64,000 bases of DNA from Planctomycetota bacterium (GCA_036479435.1 JAZGFI010000090.1:1-64000), one strand, 5' to 3'; counted from the stretch's first letter, positions 52,012 through 62,156 are shown. Notes: a model not told the origin generated them from the sequence alone. Program-made: numbers and translations.

Positions 52012-52674
52012 CTAAGAGTCGCCGCAAAGGCGGATGACTTCCTCGACCAAGGTCTCAATCCCCGATGCAATGTCTTTGATCGGGGCTTCGTACATGTAGG
52101 CGGGGCAGGTCACGATTTTTTTCTGCTCGTCGGTGACGGCTCCCTGCACGACGCAGTCTTTGTGCTGGGCTCCGAGTTTCTCTAGTTCGTTGGCGGTCGT
52201 GACGTCGTCGCCAATGGTTAAGAGCGGCTTGTCGTCCCCGAGAGCCAGGGCGAGAAGGGCCGGGGCGATACAGATGCCACCGATGGGCTTTTTTTGCTCG
52301 TGCATCTCGTGGAGCAAGGTGGCCAGGCCGTCGTGAATATTCGCGGAGGCGCCCTCAATGCCAAAACTCGACAAGTTGAGCGCAGCCCCAAAACCGCCGG
52401 GAAGGATGAGGGCGTCGAGTTCGTTGGCGTTGGCTTTGGAAAGGTCTGAGATCTTGCCCCGGACAACGCGCGCTGATTCCGTCAAGACGTTTCGGCTCTC
52501 CGTCGTTAGCTCGCCGGTCAAGTGATTGCTGACCTGCCTCTGTTCAATGCTTGGGGCAAAGCAAAAGACCTCCGCTCCGGCGCGATCGAGCGCGAGCAGG
52601 GTGATGACGGATTCTGTGATCTCGGATCCGTCCAAATATCCGCATCCGGACAAAATGACTCCAACTTTCGGCAC
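52012..52674 (-). CDS. elbB: ElbB / ES1-like glyoxalase (DJ-1/PfpI family)
   Basis: ILSGCGYLDGSEITE, RNVLTESAR, PGGFGAA.NLS, CIAP, PAYM. Confidence 0.93.
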   Translation of the reverse strand: MPKVGVILSGCGYLDGSEITESVITLLALDRAGAEVFCFAPSIEQRQVSNHLTGELTTESRNVLTESARVVRGKISDLSKANANELDALILPGGFGAALNLSSFGIEGASANIHDGLATLLHEMHEQKKPIGGICIAPALLALALGDDKPLLTIGDDVTTANELEKLGAQHKDCVVQGAVTDEQKKIVTCPAYMYEAPIKDIASGIETLVEEVIRLCGDS

Positions 52675-52718
52675 GTTGACTCTCCTCAGTGATGATAATG
52701 GGGTATGGGGCGGCGGAC

Positions 52719-53003
52719 CTAGTCTTCGCTGTCGAATCCAAACTCATGGCCTTCGGTGGCTTCGCCGCCACTGAAGTCGAAATCGCCTTTTGAGGTCGCG
52801 TGTTCTAAGTCGGAGACCTTGCTCTGCAGTTTCTTGATCATGCGTTTGAAGATCTCGACGCTGCGGTCTTGCTCGACGACGACTTCATTCAATTGGTCAT
52901 AGCTTCGCGACAGGTGTGCAAGCTGTATCTCAAGCTCAGTGATGCGAGCGTTTGCAAGTTCGGCGGGCCGAGCGTCTTGATCGCGTTCAGATGGGGCCGA
53001 CAT
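52719..53003 (-). CDS. slyX: SlyX family protein
   Basis: RITELEIQLAH....DQLNEVVVEQ coiled coil; GAGGAG RBS. Confidence 0.8.
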   Translation of the reverse strand: MSAPSERDQDARPAELANARITELEIQLAHLSRSYDQLNEVVVEQDRSVEIFKRMIKKLQSKVSDLEHATSKGDFDFSGGEATEGHEFGFDSED

Positions 53004-53106
53004 CGGCGCTCCTCAAGTCAAAACCTAGACGGCTTAAGGCTGCGAGGATAACACACTGGGCTGATCCGGCGTTGTGTTCTGATGCCGACACGGTCAACAT
53101 GCAGGC

Positions 53107-53658
53107 ATGCCTATGAGCCGCCAAGAAAAACTAATTGTCGTCATCGTCGGTTTCTCCGTCCTTTCCTTGGTTGCATTTGTCCTCATTCTGTGGGCAGCGC
53201 GGCGCTTGTCCGAGCCGCCAGAGCCAGGGAGTGAGAGATTCGCATCGCACCTTGCGGAACTCGACAACTTCAATCGAGATCATTCCGTCCCCGGCCCCGC
53301 CATGGCGCCAGACGAGGTTGTCCGGCGGATAGAGGGTTTTGGCTACGAGCTTGGCCGCGAGATCATCGCGGTGCAGGGAATCGTCGTGACCGTCGTTGGC
53401 TTGAATCGACCGGGGAAGAGCCGCATGCCTAAGGGTGGGTCCGTACCCGCCGCGGCGGCCGGTCAAGGCGTGGATTTCGGGATTCGTGTGGTCCTCAGGG
53501 GCCTTAGTCGGACCTGGCTGAACTGCTATTTCGCGGAAGCGAGCCGCGAGCAACTACAGTTCCTCGAAGCTGGCGACGAAGTTCGGGTGCGCGGCGTCGT
53601 TGCCAAATGGCACGACAAGATCGGCCTGCATTTGTGCCGAATCGCAACCAAAGACTGA
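53107..53658 (+). CDS. Membrane-anchored protein with probable OB-fold (tRNA_anti-like) domain
   Basis: N-terminal TM; GREIIAVQGIV...LNCYF...LEAGDEVRVRG...LHLCRI. Confidence 0.6.
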   Translation: MPMSRQEKLIVVIVGFSVLSLVAFVLILWAARRLSEPPEPGSERFASHLAELDNFNRDHSVPGPAMAPDEVVRRIEGFGYELGREIIAVQGIVVTVVGLNRPGKSRMPKGGSVPAAAAGQGVDFGIRVVLRGLSRTWLNCYFAEASREQLQFLEAGDEVRVRGVVAKWHDKIGLHLCRIATKD

Positions 53659-53677
53659 TCTCGCGAATTGCGGTCAG

Positions 53678-54400
53678 CTAGCCGACGTCGTCGATCGAAT
53701 CGACGGTGCGCGCGCCAAAGTAGACTTCTTCGGGACGCTTGCTTCGTTTAACGAACAGCATGACCCAGATCAGAAACGAGTATAAAGCGGCCACGCCCAC
53801 GATCTGGTACCAAGGGCTCAAGCCCGTGAGGCGCAGCGTGGCGAGAAGATTTGGCATCACGTCCGTCTTTTCCAAGACGTCGATTTGGGTTTGGCGCACT
53901 TTGATGACCCAAGCGACCAACAGCACCAAAAAGAGTAAGCAGTAATTGCTCATGAGCCGCGCGCGGATCGCGCGCAGAAAACTGATCTTATAGGTCGGTG
54001 TCAGAAGATCTTCGGCAACGTAGAAACCCCAGTTCTCGACCGGGCTGGTCAGGTCACGGCGGAGAATCGGAACGTAGAAGTTCTCCTCAATGCGCCGTAC
54101 TCGGTTGCGCCAAGCGTCGTAAAAACGAAATCGGCGGCCTTCTAAATAGAGCATGGTGAAGACCATGTACATGCCCAAGACGAGCACAATGAGGCTATCC
54201 GCAGGGGAATGGCTAAAGGCGTAGGACAATAGCGCGCCGATGGAAATAACCGCCCAGTTGGTCGTGACATCAAGGCGCGTGCGCCAAACTTGAGCCCGAT
54301 GCTGTTCGCCACGATAAAGATGCACCATCGCCGAAATGTACTCGGCGCGAGAAAGAGGTACTTCTTCGAAACTCGATTCGTCGTGAGGTCTCGCCATCAT
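53678..54400 (-). CDS. DUF2270 family membrane protein
   Basis: HLYRGE..R...WRTRLDVTTNWAV and EGRRFRFYDAWR.RVR. Confidence 0.9.
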   Translation of the reverse strand: MMARPHDESSFEEVPLSRAEYISAMVHLYRGEQHRAQVWRTRLDVTTNWAVISIGALLSYAFSHSPADSLIVLVLGMYMVFTMLYLEGRRFRFYDAWRNRVRRIEENFYVPILRRDLTSPVENWGFYVAEDLLTPTYKISFLRAIRARLMSNYCLLFLVLLVAWVIKVRQTQIDVLEKTDVMPNLLATLRLTGLSPWYQIVGVAALYSFLIWVMLFVKRSKRPEEVYFGARTVDSIDDVG

Positions 54401-54462
54401 GGCTCCTAGTGACCCGAATCATGGCTGGGTCTAGCACGAGCGTAGCAGGCAGCCCTCGCGAT

Positions 54463-54972
54463 TCAACGAGAGTCGGGATCTGATGCGCTCGCCTGATCTT
54501 GTCGATTGGGGGCCGAAAGCTGCCGCCATGCTTCCCAGGCCACAATGCCGACTGCGGTTGCGAGATTGAGGCTGCGAATCGGACCGGGCTGGTCAATACG
54601 CAGCCTCGCAGCCCCGAAGTCGCGATGAATCTCGGGGGGGAGGCCCCGAGATTCGCTCCCGAACGCCAAAACATCGTCGGGTTGGAAGGTGAATTGGCTG
54701 AGAGCTGTTTCGCCTTGGGTGGTCACCGCGACGAGACGTCTGTTGCCGGCAGATTCGAGCAAATGCCACACGCTGGCTTGCCGAAAGAGCTGCACCGCGT
54801 CCCAATAGTCGAGCCCCGCCCGGCGTAAAGCCTTGTCCGACATGCCAAACGCTGGTTCGCCCACGATGTGGAGGGGGACTTCGTAGGCCGCGCTGATCCG
54901 AGCCGCATTACCGGTGTTGGGGGCGATTTCAGGCTCGAAAAGGGCCAAGTGAAAAAGCGGAGATTTCGCCAT
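54463..54972 (-). CDS. trmL: tRNA (cytidine/uridine(34)-2'-O)-methyltransferase TrmL
   Basis: EPEIAPNTGN, LRRAGLDYW, FGSESRGLP and RSLNLA SPOUT motifs. Confidence 0.94.
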   Translation of the reverse strand: MAKSPLFHLALFEPEIAPNTGNAARISAAYEVPLHIVGEPAFGMSDKALRRAGLDYWDAVQLFRQASVWHLLESAGNRRLVAVTTQGETALSQFTFQPDDVLAFGSESRGLPPEIHRDFGAARLRIDQPGPIRSLNLATAVGIVAWEAWRQLSAPNRQDQASASDPDSR

Positions 54973-54992
54973 GTCGTCAACCAGCTCCACGC

Positions 54993-55021
54993 TTGAATTC
55001 GCTCTCTCTGTCTCCTATCCT
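54993..55021 (+). promoter_or_regulatory. Sigma70-type promoter of tRNA-Ala
   Basis: TTGAAT, 17 nt, TATCCT, 10 nt before the tRNA. Confidence 0.6.
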
Positions 55022-55031
55022 CTCCCCCTAT

Positions 55032-55104
55032 GGGGACGTAGCTCAATTGGGAGAGCGTCACGTTCGCAACGTGAAGGTCGTCGGTTCGATCCCGATCGTC
55101 TCCA
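55032..55104 (+). tRNA. tRNA-Ala (anticodon CGC), CCA not encoded
   Basis: Cloverleaf: acceptor GGGGACG/CGTCTCC with G3-U70, anticodon stem TCACG/CGTGA, TTCGA loop. Confidence 0.97.
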
Positions 55105-55140
55105 CTTTAGGCCGCGAGGAATCGCGGGCCGAGATACTGA

Positions 55141-55180
55141 CCGCCGTGGGCTGTGAAACAGCTGCGGCGGTTTCTTTTTT
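55141..55180 (+). terminator. Intrinsic terminator after tRNA-Ala
   Basis: ccgccgt..gctgt-gaa-acagc.gcggcgg followed by tttctttttt. Confidence 0.75.
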
Positions 55181-55195
55181 GCTGCGGCCAGTGAA

Positions 55196-55921
55196 TCAAT
55201 CGCGGCCGTTTTTCTCCTGCCCTCCGGGGATGTTCCCGCTCACGTACAAGGGAAGGTCGACAGCCTCGATTGCGGCGACCCCCGCGATCTGGGTGGTCAA
55301 GGCTTGGAGCAACAAAGCGCTCGCCGCAGTACTGGCGGACCCCGCGCGCCGCTGAGGGTCGGGACCGATCTTCACCAGAGTGTCGCCATAGGGACTGAGA
55401 TTGTTGAGATTCAGGTGCGCCACCTCGCGCAGTCGCTGCCTGGAGGGGTGTCGGGAGTCGAGCGCTTCGTCGTAGGCGAAGCTGGAGATGCTGACGACGA
55501 AGGCTCCGCTGTCGCGTCCGGCCTTGGCCGCGTCCACCGGCGCGGCATTTACGCCGCTCGTCGAGACCACGATCAAAGAGTCACGCGCTCCGAGACCCTT
55601 GGCCTCCACGAGTTTGTTTGCCCAGCCCGGTTTTTTCTCATGATCCGAAGTTGCCGCCACCGGTTCGTGATCTAGGGTAACCCGCGAATCAAAGAGAAAC
55701 ACAGCGGCCTTAAGGCCTCCGGCCCGGTAGTAGATGTCTTGCCCCGCCAAACCGGAGTGTCCGCAACCAAAAACAAACAGCCGACCACCCTCGCTCAGGC
55801 GGCTGCTGATCTCCTCTGATGCCTGGTCCAGAGCCTCGGCATTGCTGCCCTCCAGTGCACTCAGTTGCTCCAAGGCCGCGGTGAAGAATGCCGTTCGAAA
55901 TCGTTCGCCGCTCATCTTCAA
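55196..55921 (-). CDS. SIS (sugar isomerase) domain protein
   Basis: FGCGHS, YRAGGL, VSTSGVN, HPS, PYGD, SGN; start is 55921 or 55915. Confidence 0.88.
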   Translation of the reverse strand: MKMSGERFRTAFFTAALEQLSALEGSNAEALDQASEEISSRLSEGGRLFVFGCGHSGLAGQDIYYRAGGLKAAVFLFDSRVTLDHEPVAATSDHEKKPGWANKLVEAKGLGARDSLIVVSTSGVNAAPVDAAKAGRDSGAFVVSISSFAYDEALDSRHPSRQRLREVAHLNLNNLSPYGDTLVKIGPDPQRRAGSASTAASALLLQALTTQIAGVAAIEAVDLPLYVSGNIPGGQEKNGRD

Positions 55922-56664
55922 ATCCCTCGTTCGTGATAAAGCCGTTCTTGTTCGGCGTTGAATTGAAAGCCTTCCGGGAGATTGACGCTCTTATAAATCG
56001 CAGGTTTTAGGCCGCGAGCGACCAGGGCTTCTGCGATCTCGACCATCAGCGACCACAAGGCCACGGCGGTGAGGACTCCTGAACTGGCACCGACTTTGGC
56101 ATCTAGACCGTTGATCTCAATCAAGGCGTCGCCGAAAGGAGAACCCATGTCCACGACGGCATCGGCGACCTCAAACAAGCGTTTGCCACTGCTGTGTCTT
56201 GGCTCGAGCGTTTTTGAAAACGCAACGGAAGTAAGAACGATGAGCTTGAGGCCGCGTTTTTTGGCCTCCAATCCGACGCCGACCGTAAAGGGCTCTTTGC
56301 CGGAGTTTGAGACTTGGATCAAGACGTCACCGCGGCGGACATGGCTTTTGTCGAGTAGCAGAGCGGCCAAGTCTTCGCGGTCGTAAAAGTACTTTTGGCG
56401 AATCAGGTCGAGACTGGCTTCGCGCCCTGGCGGCAGCCGGTGCTCCGCTTCGACTCTCAATTCTAAGTGGTGAAGGCCCAAGAATCCGCCGGCGCGGCGG
56501 ATCGGTTCCTCCTTCATATGGCCGGTGTCGAAGTGGTGCATTGCACCTTTTTCGGCCACACAATCTGCGGCGATGGTGGCAGCGCGGGTTAGCGCCTCTC
56601 CCTCGCGGCTCGCGAAGTCTTCGATCAACGAACCAATGTCGCTTAAGTACTTAAGGCCGAGCAT
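55918..56664 (-). CDS. SIS (sugar isomerase) domain protein, paralogue
   Basis: FDTGHM, RAGG, SNSGK, HSSGKRLFEVAD, PFGDA, SVN. Confidence 0.88.
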   Translation of the reverse strand: MLGLKYLSDIGSLIEDFASREGEALTRAATIAADCVAEKGAMHHFDTGHMKEEPIRRAGGFLGLHHLELRVEAEHRLPPGREASLDLIRQKYFYDREDLAALLLDKSHVRRGDVLIQVSNSGKEPFTVGVGLEAKKRGLKLIVLTSVAFSKTLEPRHSSGKRLFEVADAVVDMGSPFGDALIEINGLDAKVGASSGVLTAVALWSLMVEIAEALVARGLKPAIYKSVNLPEGFQFNAEQERLYHERGI

Positions 56665-56963
56665 GTGGAGTTTCCTTTTCCTTTTTCACCATGATTGCAG
56701 GGGGCTCTGACTGCCGCGAGCGCGGCGGGGATTTTCATTCATGTTCAGGCCTTTTGATCTTGGGCCGATACATGGGACTGAGTTGATTCCTCCGCGTACC
56801 CAAAGCCGAGCCAAAACTCACCAGACAATTCGCAGATACGGGAAGGACGCTAAGAGTCCTTTATCTCCCCTTCGCTATGGCGAGGACGGTTTGCTTCCCG
56901 CGTCGACCTGACTTTCGACCGCGTATCGGCGTCTGCAAGGACGCCGACCCAAGGAGCGTCCGT

Positions 56964-59519
56964 ATGAACCAAAGTCCACGTGCACTATGGCTTTTCTTTG
57001 TCGCCACCGTGTTCAGCGTTGGCATCACTTCGAGTGCCGTGCAAGCGCAAGACCTCGGGATTCCCGTCAACGTTGAGAATCCGACGGATGTGGATCGGTT
57101 CAATGAACCGGTCGCTTCAGGCTCTGCGGTGCCACCGAGTGCCAACCTCTACGATCCCAACCTCGTGCTGCGGATGGTCGATTCTGCGGGACAGCCGGTT
57201 CCGGTAGAATTCAATGTTCTGTCACGCTGGCACGGCAAGCGCGAAGACGTCACGAAGACCGCCAAGTGGGCCTTGATTAAATTCCTGGCCGACGTTCCGG
57301 CAAATCAAATCGCGACCTATTACATCCAGTTTGGCGCCAGAGCCACTGGCTCGATTACCAGGGACGACTCCGCGACTGAGATTCAGGTGAACACGGGCAC
57401 GGCGGAGTTTGTGATCGACAAACAAAGCTTCAGCTTCCTGAAGAGTGTCAAAGTCGGGGCGACGATCGTCACCGGCGCTCCCGGGAGAGTCGATGTTCGC
57501 GACACGGCGGGCAACCTTTTGGACCTTTCGCTTGCTTCAACGGTCGTTGAAGACGCCGGCGACGTGCGCACCGTCGTTCGTCAAAAAGGCAGCATCACCG
57601 GGCTTGGGCTTGATTTTACGATCCGCTACTTCTTTTGGAGCGGTCGCAGCGACGTCAAAGTCGAATTCAGGCTCGAGAACCAAGGTTCCTACGGTGAAGT
57701 CTACGGCATGGGTTCTTCCATCCAGCACGCCTGGTTCGAGGATGTGAACCTCACCTTGACGCTCAATCAAGACGACGGAGACATTGTGACAAGCGAACAA
57801 GACATCGCGAGTCAAGGAGCGGCCTTCGAACTGCGTCAAGACTTCGGTCAAACAACCAGCAACTTGGACATGCTTTCTGGATTCAAGTACAGCCAGACCC
57901 TGTCGGGAGTGGCTCTTTCTGGTGGTGGTCGTTATTCCGGCGCTTTGGCGCTCAATGGATCCACCGCCAGCATTGGGGTTGCTGTCGATCGTTTTTGGCA
58001 GAACTTTCCGAAGTCCTTGTCGAGCAACGCGGATGAGATCTCGGTAGGCCTGTGGCCGGCGTTTGGTAGCGGCCCAGTGTACTACGGGCAGTGGGGAACT
58101 CCTGCCTCGGCAAACATCGACGTCGTGGCCGATGACTTTTACCGATTTGAAGGCGGTCGTTGGAAAACATACGTCGTCAACATCGACTTCAAAGTTGCCG
58201 GCAATTTCTCACCTTCGGACGTCGCGGCTTCGGCGAAGCGCATCAACAAACCGCTCATGGCCTTGCTGCCGCTGGGATGGCCGTTTCGCTTTTTCGCCTT
58301 CGGGCATCCTTTGATCGAGCGGCGCGAATGGAACGACACTGCCCGAGATCGTTACGAACAGATCGTTCAAGTCCTCGCTGATGATGACGCGGCTGACGAC
58401 AGCCCGCTGGGAAAGATCGGCCTTCCGGAGTTCCGCAATCGTGGAGGCACCTACGGGGGCGGGCAGTTCTTTGGATGGACCAACTTCGGCGACTTGATTT
58501 GGGGTGACGGCTACTGCTCAAACCACTACGACCTACCTTGGTCAATTCTCATTAACTACTACCGCACTGGCGACTACAAGTTCTTCGATGTCGGTCGCGA
58601 TATTGCCAACCACCGTCGCGACTACGACCAGTTTCACTCGACCGACCCGTCGATCTATCGCCGCGGCGGCCAGTTCTACGAGAAGGGTTGGACCCACGGG
58701 AACTTCCGTTCGCCAACCCACACTCACACTTGGGTGAACGGCCTGTTGATCAAGTACATTCTGACCGGAGACGAAGGCGCCCGCGAGGCGGCCCTTGAAG
58801 TCGGCGACTTTCTCGTGCGAGGCGATCCTGGCAACTGGGATGGAGTGTGGGGGGCGCGAATTCTCGGCTGGGAAGTCGAAGGCCTCATGAACCTCTACAA
58901 CTACATCGGCGATCCGGTCTACTTGCAGACGGCTCAAGAGGGTGTCGCCCAATGGGAAGTCCTCGAACTGTCCTTCGGTGGTGGCGGCTACGTCCTCAAC
59001 AACGGTTGGTCGACGCCCACGAACCAATCATGGATGCACGCCATCGTGCTTTCCGCGATCGGCAAGTACTACCTCACGACGCTTGATCCCTCGGTTTTGC
59101 CGGTGATGCAGCGCATGGCAGATTGGTTTTTGGTGCATGCGGTCGCTGAGTTGCCCACGGGAGCGTGGAACAACCGAACGACAGGGAAGATCTGGGAGTT
59201 CTATGACGGGACCGACCACTGGGGAGCGAGCGTCCACCATCAGTGGGCGGTGATCGATGCCCTGGGCTACGCCGCGGTCGCCTTGCACGACCAGAACTTT
59301 ATGATGGTCTCCCAGTCGCTCTTCGAGAGTGTCACGCGTTACTTCCAAGGCAGTTCCGGCGATTCGTCGCCGAAAAACTACTGGGATTCGGACAGCTTCT
59401 CGGCAATTTCTTTCAAGCCCGCGCAGTTTGCAACGTCGGAGACCAAGGCCCTGAGCAACATGGCTCTATGGGGTCAATCCCATCTCGCCTTTGAGGCGCT
59501 CTGGGAGGGCTACTTCTAA
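56964..59519 (+). CDS. Secreted protein resembling YetA / exo-rhamnogalacturonan lyase (PL26)-like proteins
   Basis: AAGGAG RBS; signal peptide ending AQD; PVPVEFNVLSRW...KWALIKF N-terminal domain, FWQNFPK, GWTNFGD...NHYD and a helical C-terminus. Family recognised from memory. Confidence 0.65.
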   Translation: MNQSPRALWLFFVATVFSVGITSSAVQAQDLGIPVNVENPTDVDRFNEPVASGSAVPPSANLYDPNLVLRMVDSAGQPVPVEFNVLSRWHGKREDVTKTAKWALIKFLADVPANQIATYYIQFGARATGSITRDDSATEIQVNTGTAEFVIDKQSFSFLKSVKVGATIVTGAPGRVDVRDTAGNLLDLSLASTVVEDAGDVRTVVRQKGSITGLGLDFTIRYFFWSGRSDVKVEFRLENQGSYGEVYGMGSSIQHAWFEDVNLTLTLNQDDGDIVTSEQDIASQGAAFELRQDFGQTTSNLDMLSGFKYSQTLSGVALSGGGRYSGALALNGSTASIGVAVDRFWQNFPKSLSSNADEISVGLWPAFGSGPVYYGQWGTPASANIDVVADDFYRFEGGRWKTYVVNIDFKVAGNFSPSDVAASAKRINKPLMALLPLGWPFRFFAFGHPLIERREWNDTARDRYEQIVQVLADDDAADDSPLGKIGLPEFRNRGGTYGGGQFFGWTNFGDLIWGDGYCSNHYDLPWSILINYYRTGDYKFFDVGRDIANHRRDYDQFHSTDPSIYRRGGQFYEKGWTHGNFRSPTHTHTWVNGLLIKYILTGDEGAREAALEVGDFLVRGDPGNWDGVWGARILGWEVEGLMNLYNYIGDPVYLQTAQEGVAQWEVLELSFGGGGYVLNNGWSTPTNQSWMHAIVLSAIGKYYLTTLDPSVLPVMQRMADWFLVHAVAELPTGAWNNRTTGKIWEFYDGTDHWGASVHHQWAVIDALGYAAVALHDQNFMMVSQSLFESVTRYFQGSSGDSSPKNYWDSDSFSAISFKPAQFATSETKALSNMALWGQSHLAFEALWEGYF

Positions 59520-59611
59520 TCGAGCCGCATGAGCTGATTAGACCCAAAACCGCAATATAAATTGGATCGGTCTGGTGCCTGGGGGGGATTTCTGGGCCGA
59601 CCATATTTATC

Positions 59612-59645
59612 GGCCGCGAGCTTGTAGCTCGCGGCCACTTTTTTT
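59612..59645 (+). terminator. Intrinsic terminator
   Basis: ggccgcgagct-tgt-agctcgcggcc followed by acttttttt. Confidence 0.85.
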
Positions 59646-59677
59646 GCTCACCGCCTTTGGCGTGCTAAGACTCCTCT

Positions 59678-60319
59678 ATGCCCAGTATTAAGAGTCGAAT
59701 CCGCGGCGGCGAAACCGCGATCCTTGAGTACAAAAAGACTTGCCCCACACCTCGTAAACTCGCGCGGGTCATCGCGGCTTTTGCCAATGGTGCTGGCGGT
59801 GAGATCGTCGTGGGCATCTCCGACCAGGCCGAGATCCTTGGTGTTGAGGACCCTGAGGCCGAGATCAACTCCATCGAGACTGCGCTCGAGTACTTAGAGC
59901 CCAAACCCGAATTGAAAATCGAGACCGTCGTGCACGAGTTGCGCGACCTCGTTTTTGTCACCGTCGCCGCGCGTGATGACTTGAAATTCGTTGAACTCTT
60001 CGACGACAATCCCAAAAAAGGCCTCGTCTACGTCCGTGTCTTTTCCGAGACGCGGCCCTTGGATCGCGACATCGTCAAAGACGCGATTCGGCTCCGCCGG
60101 CGTTACGGCGGAGACCCGCGTCTATCCGCTGACGAGCTAAAACTCGTCACTTGGCTTTGGACCAATGGCGAAGCCAAAGAGCCCGTATGTGCCGGCAAGT
60201 TCAACTTTTCAGATCGCCGGCTCAGAAAGCTCGCCGAGACCTGCATCGGTAAGGGCCTCGTTATCCACTGCCGCAGTGCTGATGGCCGCACTTACATCGG
60301 TCTTAGACCCGGCACCTAA
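59678..60319 (+). CDS. AlbA_2 (Schlafen-like) domain protein with short C-terminal winged-helix-like region
   Basis: GETAILEYK...IAAFANGAGG.IVVGISD....GV...YVR. Confidence 0.85.
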   Translation: MPSIKSRIRGGETAILEYKKTCPTPRKLARVIAAFANGAGGEIVVGISDQAEILGVEDPEAEINSIETALEYLEPKPELKIETVVHELRDLVFVTVAARDDLKFVELFDDNPKKGLVYVRVFSETRPLDRDIVKDAIRLRRRYGGDPRLSADELKLVTWLWTNGEAKEPVCAGKFNFSDRRLRKLAETCIGKGLVIHCRSADGRTYIGLRPGT

Positions 60320-60443
60320 GCCTCTTTTTCGCCAAGGCCTCGGCGAAGCTCTTTTCCGCTTGCGGTTAGAGATTTAGAGCCACCCTGATGCTGTCATTCG
60401 GGTATACATGGGCGGGGAAAATCTAGCTCAGGAGGCTCGATCC

Positions 60444-62123
60444 ATGTACCGGCCCCTAAACCTTGGCGCAAAGGCCTTTGTGTTCTCGCTTTGTCTGATG
60501 GGATCTTTGGCCGTCGCTTGCCAGGTTGCCAGCGCACAGTCATTGCCTTCATCTGGTGCCTTGATCACCGAGCCTTTTCCGGGTGAGGGCACTTGCATCA
60601 GCATGGGCGACTTGAACGGCGACGGCTGTGATGAGTTCTATCTCGACCTCGTCGAATTTCGCCCTTTCCTGCATGTGCTCTTCAAAAGAGCCATCGTCGA
60701 TGGTGCGACGGGCTTGCCGTTTCGCCTACTCCACGATTGGGTAGCCCCCTTCCAAAGCTTTGTGCCGAGCGAAAGTGCGTTCCCGCTTGGCGACCTCGAC
60801 GGGGACGGTGATGGCGAATACGCGATCATGACCGTTGACGACTTTAATCCCTTGAGCATTATCACCTTGGTCGAAGTCTACTCTGGGACCGCTGTGGCCC
60901 CGCTCTATGTGATTTCTTGGCCAGGGATTTCCTTGCGCGGTCGCAACGTTTTTCCACTTGGTGATGTCGACAGAGACGGCATCGGCGACATTGGGATACG
61001 AGCAACAGCCGCTCCCAGCAGTCCCCGCTCCGAGAGTCTCTTTCAAATCAGTAGTGGGGCCACCGGGTCCTTTATCTTTGGCACTCAGTCGGCAACGCTG
61101 CCGCTTTCTGCCTGGGCCGCGCTTGGCGACGTCAACGCCGACGGCCACGGCGACTACGCCATTTCTTCGGCCGCAGCTTCGATTCTCCACACCAACGGCG
61201 GCGTCGCGACCATTGTCTCTGGCGCCAACTTCAACATCCTGCACACTTTCTTCGGGTCGGTACCCAACGAGTTCCTCGGCGAACAACTCTTGCCGCTTCC
61301 CGACCAAGATGGTGACGGTGCCCAAGACTTATTGATCTTCGCTCGCGGCTACATGGTGAATGGAAGTCTCGTGGGCCGCGTCCGCGCCCGCTCCAGCGCC
61401 ACCGGCAATGTGCTATGGCAAATCGTCCCGCCGCCAGGGACCTTTTTTCAGTCGCTAACCGCAGCTGGCGATCTCGACGGCAACGGCGACGATGACTTCG
61501 CGATTCGAATCATCGGCCTCGGCCCTCAGACCTCTCAGATCGTTTACTCCGGCAGCGACGGCAGCGAGTTGTTCCCTCTCCAATACCCCTCCCTACTTCT
61601 GGGCACCGGCATCGGTGAGTCCTTCGTCGGCGACACCAATGGCGACGGTTTCGACGAACTCGCCGTCATGGAATCGATCATCACCTCGCCAGTGGGGCCG
61701 GGAGTCCCCAACGACATCGGTACCGTCACGATCGCTCGCCGCCAGCTCTACGGCGCCCAGTCCTACGGTGCCGCCACGCTCGGAAGTACTCTTTCTCTCG
61801 ATTGGGCCCCTAACGCAGGTCAATCGCAACTGGGCTTCATCGAACTCAACGGTGCTGCGCCCAACGCCCAACTCTTTTTCGGCGTCAGCCTCGCTCCCTG
61901 GGACGGATCGACCTTCGGCGCCAATCACCCCCTGTGGATTTCTCCTTTGCCCCAAGACCTCTTCATCACGGCTTCCGTCCTCGCCGACGCCAACGGTCAG
62001 TTCCGCTCCTTCGAAACCCTCTCACGTCCTGAAATCGCGGGAATTTCCCTCTACCTCCAAGGGGCCCAAACCACCGCCCCCGACGCCATCTCCAACGGCC
62101 TCCAACTCCTCTACGGCAACTAG
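60444..62123 (+). CDS. Secreted FG-GAP / integrin-alpha-like repeat protein
   Basis: AGGAGG RBS, signal peptide, seven DxDGDG-type Ca-binding repeats (for example GDLNGDG, GDLDGDG, GDVNADG, PDQDGDG, GDTNGDG), C-terminal SNGL motif. Confidence 0.9.
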   Translation: MYRPLNLGAKAFVFSLCLMGSLAVACQVASAQSLPSSGALITEPFPGEGTCISMGDLNGDGCDEFYLDLVEFRPFLHVLFKRAIVDGATGLPFRLLHDWVAPFQSFVPSESAFPLGDLDGDGDGEYAIMTVDDFNPLSIITLVEVYSGTAVAPLYVISWPGISLRGRNVFPLGDVDRDGIGDIGIRATAAPSSPRSESLFQISSGATGSFIFGTQSATLPLSAWAALGDVNADGHGDYAISSAAASILHTNGGVATIVSGANFNILHTFFGSVPNEFLGEQLLPLPDQDGDGAQDLLIFARGYMVNGSLVGRVRARSSATGNVLWQIVPPPGTFFQSLTAAGDLDGNGDDDFAIRIIGLGPQTSQIVYSGSDGSELFPLQYPSLLLGTGIGESFVGDTNGDGFDELAVMESIITSPVGPGVPNDIGTVTIARRQLYGAQSYGAATLGSTLSLDWAPNAGQSQLGFIELNGAAPNAQLFFGVSLAPWDGSTFGANHPLWISPLPQDLFITASVLADANGQFRSFETLSRPEIAGISLYLQGAQTTAPDAISNGLQLLYGN

Positions 62124-62156
62124 GACCCCAAGCCAAATCACGATCCCAAAGTCCAC

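Noticed and set aside
54463..55104. Functional link between trmL and the adjacent tRNA-Ala
   Set aside because: Characterised TrmL acts mainly on tRNA-Leu wobble positions; adjacency alone is not evidence.
55105..55195. Island integrated at tRNA-Ala
   Set aside because: The tRNA is followed directly by a terminator and metabolic genes; no integrase or duplicated tRNA end was seen.
59581..59587. G7 homopolymer as a phase-variation tract
   Set aside because: Short, intergenic and upstream of a terminator; unremarkable in a GC-rich genome.
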